DNA of 27,405 bases from a bacterium (lineage in GTDB: Bacteria > Sysuimicrobiota > Sysuimicrobiia > Sysuimicrobiales > Kaftiobacteriaceae), in contig JBIOWP010000018.1 of assembly GCA_044868695.1 (NCBI GenBank), positions 1 through 27,405 on the forward strand. The letters are read 5' to 3'. The translations under genes were made by a program, and so were the position numbers. Below, one piece after another: positions 25,257 to 27,405 of this stretch. The notes under the pieces are model-generated. The model saw only the letters and a program-made list of their open reading frames with translations, was not told the DNA's origin and made no database searches. Position 1 is the stretch's first letter. Each line of letters begins with the position of its first letter.

Positions 25257-25595
25257 CTAGCCGCGGGAGAGCGAGGCCAGAAGGTTCATCACGTGCAGGG
25301 CCAACACGGCGGCGTACACGACGGTCACCGCCCGCAGTGCGTAAAGCGCTCGTTCCTGCCTGGGAAAGCCTGCCTGCAGCACCGCGACGACCGCGACGGC
25401 CAGCCCGCCCAGCGAGACGGCTTTGACGATGATCGGCCACCACGTCAGCAGGAACGGCCTGACCCACGGGTTGCCTTCAAGGAACGCCCCCTGGCTGAGC
25501 CCGAAGTACGTGTAGAGAAGATCCAGCTCGTTGGCGATGAACAGGAGGATGTACCATCGCCACAATTCCCTCTTGAGCACGCGTCCGCTCGTCAT
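25257..25595 (-). CDS. Small membrane protein, DUF5658-like
   Basis: LFIANELDLLYT...G..EGNP motif followed by K in a TM segment; three hydrophobic helices. Confidence 0.7.
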   Translation of the reverse strand: MTSGRVLKRELWRWYILLFIANELDLLYTYFGLSQGAFLEGNPWVRPFLLTWWPIIVKAVSLGGLAVAVVAVLQAGFPRQERALYALRAVTVVYAAVLALHVMNLLASLSRG

Positions 25596-25661
25596 CACAC
25601 CATCCGCTGGGGGGGTGTTCTCAGATTCCACGGCGGGTCGTCTGCTCCCTCTCTCGATCCG

Positions 25662-26195
25662 ATGAGTCCCGGCGGCATTATCACGGAGGTCAAGGTCACC
25701 GCGACGGGTGACCGGCAGGAATTTGTCTGCCGCTTGGTCGACCGCTCGGCAGCCCACGTGGTCGTTCTCTACAAGACAAGGGAAGCGACGCGAGTGGGTG
25801 ACCTGCGGCTGCCCAAGGGCACGATAACGTACGGGTACTTCTGGCTGGGCCGGCCGTACACCGTCTATCACTGGGTCCGGGGCAACGGCCGGACCCTGGG
25901 GTTCTACGTGAACCTGGCCGATGAGGTCCGCATCCATCCCGGGGCGGTGGAATGGCGCGACCTGGCGCTGGATCTGCTCTTCAGCCCCGACGGAGCCCGA
26001 GTGCAGATCCTCGACGAGGACCAGGCCGGCTCACTCCCGGCCGGCCTCCGGGCCAGGGCGGACACGGCCCGCGCCCACGTGCTGACCCACCGCGATGAGC
26101 TGCTGGCGGAGGTGGCGTCCGCGACCGCCCACCTGCGCCGCCGGCGCGTCCGGCCTCCTCAAAAGGATTCACGGACCGGGCCGCGAACCCCCTAG
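25662..26195 (+). CDS. DUF402 domain protein
   Basis: YFW..RPYTVYHW...G..LGFYVNLA and WRDLALDL...ILDED pattern. Confidence 0.75.
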   Translation: MSPGGIITEVKVTATGDRQEFVCRLVDRSAAHVVVLYKTREATRVGDLRLPKGTITYGYFWLGRPYTVYHWVRGNGRTLGFYVNLADEVRIHPGAVEWRDLALDLLFSPDGARVQILDEDQAGSLPAGLRARADTARAHVLTHRDELLAEVASATAHLRRRRVRPPQKDSRTGPRTP

Positions 26196-26267
26196 AGGAG
26201 TTTTCGCCCGATCGCGCGACAGACTTCACATTCCAACACAGCATCGGACGTTCCTGGGGCGAAACCA

Positions 26268-26756
26268 ATGCGGGATCTGCGGGACTGGTATTCATATCTG
26301 GAGCGGTCCGTCAAGGACGCTCGCCCTCCTTCGACTTCCCAGCGCGCCGCCGTCACGCCAGCCGGAGCTCCATCTGCGTCGCCCGCACCGGTGAGCCGGG
26401 TCGCGCCGGCCCGCCCCGCTCCCGCGACAGGGGGGCGTCCCCGGCAGCTGCGAAAGGGCGGGATGCCGATTGAACTCCAGCAACCGCTGCCGATTGAGCT
26501 CGGTCCGCGCCGCGCCGAGCGCCGGGCGGGCCGCCCGCCGCTCACCGAGACGCGAGAAGAGATCATCCGCCGCCTGCTCGATCCAGAGCTGACGCTCCAC
26601 GAAGCGGCGGCAGTGCTCAACCTCAGCAAGGCCACGCTGCGCCGCTACACCGACCAGGGCAAGCTCCCCTGCCGCCGGACCGCGGGCGGGCAGCGCCGGT
26701 TCCGGCTCTCCGATATCCTGGCGCTGCTGGAGCGGCGGGGAGAGGAGCCGCAGTGA
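26268..26756 (+). CDS. Helix-turn-helix protein (excisionase/MerR-like HTH_17 at the C-terminus)
   Basis: LTLHEAAAVLNLSKATLRRYTDQGKLPCRRTAGGQRRF. Confidence 0.8.
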   Translation: MRDLRDWYSYLERSVKDARPPSTSQRAAVTPAGAPSASPAPVSRVAPARPAPATGGRPRQLRKGGMPIELQQPLPIELGPRRAERRAGRPPLTETREEIIRRLLDPELTLHEAAAVLNLSKATLRRYTDQGKLPCRRTAGGQRRFRLSDILALLERRGEEPQ

Positions 26757-26788
26757 CCGTCGCCCTGGGGGCGCGCACTGCGCAGGCG

Positions 26789-27405
26789 ATGCGGATCGCG
26801 ATGTTCAGCGAATCCTATCTCCCGCGCGTCAGCGGCGTCGTACACTCGCTGACCGCGTTCGTGTCCGCGCTGCGCGCGGCCGGCCACCGGGTGTTTATCG
26901 TCGCCCCGCGTGTGCCGGGATATCAAGACCTCGACCCCGATGTGTTCCGGTATCCGTCTCTCCGCACCCGGGAAGCGGACTTCCCTCTGGGCATTCCCTA
27001 CACCCCGAGCCTCGCGTCCGCCCTCGGGTCTCTGCATCTCGATGTGGTCCACGCCCATGCGCCCTTTCTCATGGGCGCGGCAGCGGCGCAGCTGGCCAGG
27101 CGGCGGCGCCTCCCGCTGGTCTTCACGCACCACACGCTGTACGACGAGTACGTGCACTATGCACCCGGCCCGAGGTGGCTGTTGCGGCGGCTGGTGCGCT
27201 GGTACACCACGCGCTATGCCAACCGGTGCGACTGCGTCATCTCCCCGTCGCGTGGCGTCGCGGCACGCCTGCGCGCGCAGGGCGTCCGCAGCAGGATCGA
27301 AGTCCTGTCGACGGGAGCCCTCGACCCGCAGATAGTCGGATCCCTCGATCCGTCTTGGGTGCGGCCCGCGTTTGGCCTCCCGCCAGGTCCGCCGCTGCTG
27401 GTGAC
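26789..27405 (+). CDS. Glycosyltransferase family 4 (partial, runs off the window)
   Basis: MRIAMFSESYLPRVSGVVHS...LRAAGHRVFIVAP...DVVHAHAPF...FTHHTLYDEY...VISPS. Confidence 0.88.
   Translation, partial: MRIAMFSESYLPRVSGVVHSLTAFVSALRAAGHRVFIVAPRVPGYQDLDPDVFRYPSLRTREADFPLGIPYTPSLASALGSLHLDVVHAHAPFLMGAAAAQLARRRRLPLVFTHHTLYDEYVHYAPGPRWLLRRLVRWYTTRYANRCDCVISPSRGVAARLRAQGVRSRIEVLSTGALDPQIVGSLDPSWVRPAFGLPPGPPLLV

Noticed and set aside
25168..26756. tRNA-Pro as the attachment site of an integrated element, given the nearby Xis-like HTH
   Set aside because: No integrase, no duplicated tRNA 3' end and no obvious compositional shift within the window.

Overview
GC-rich bacterial chromosomal window made mostly of core genes in a Firmicutes-like order: ileS, dksA/traR-like, lspA, lgt, rluD, pyrR, rqcH, yicC, remA, a kinase, coaC, priA, def, fmt, a Zn-peptidase, rlmN, pknB, rpe, a deacetylase, rpsA and tRNA-Pro(CGG). 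A PilB/GspE 3' end and an S8 protease lie to the left; DUF5658-like, DUF402, HTH and GT4 genes lie to the right. The lineage is plausibly Terrabacteria such as Armatimonadota-like or CSP1-3 (inference only). No integrase, transposase or CRISPR array was seen. The notable signals are: (1) dispersed 7-8-nt-period repeat cassettes, often as inverted arms at gene junctions, which add C-terminal tails to five proteins and twice end in TATAAT; (2) a covarying tandem palindrome fused in frame to fmt; (3) a type-2 IleRS with a GVHH signature, preceded by a collapsed T-box-like leader; (4) an archaeal-type CMP kinase where gmk-rpoZ normally sits; (5) a stand-alone CoaC lacking its catalytic Cys; (6) a helicase-degenerate PriA; and (7) an rluD whose S4 domain has no canonical start codon.
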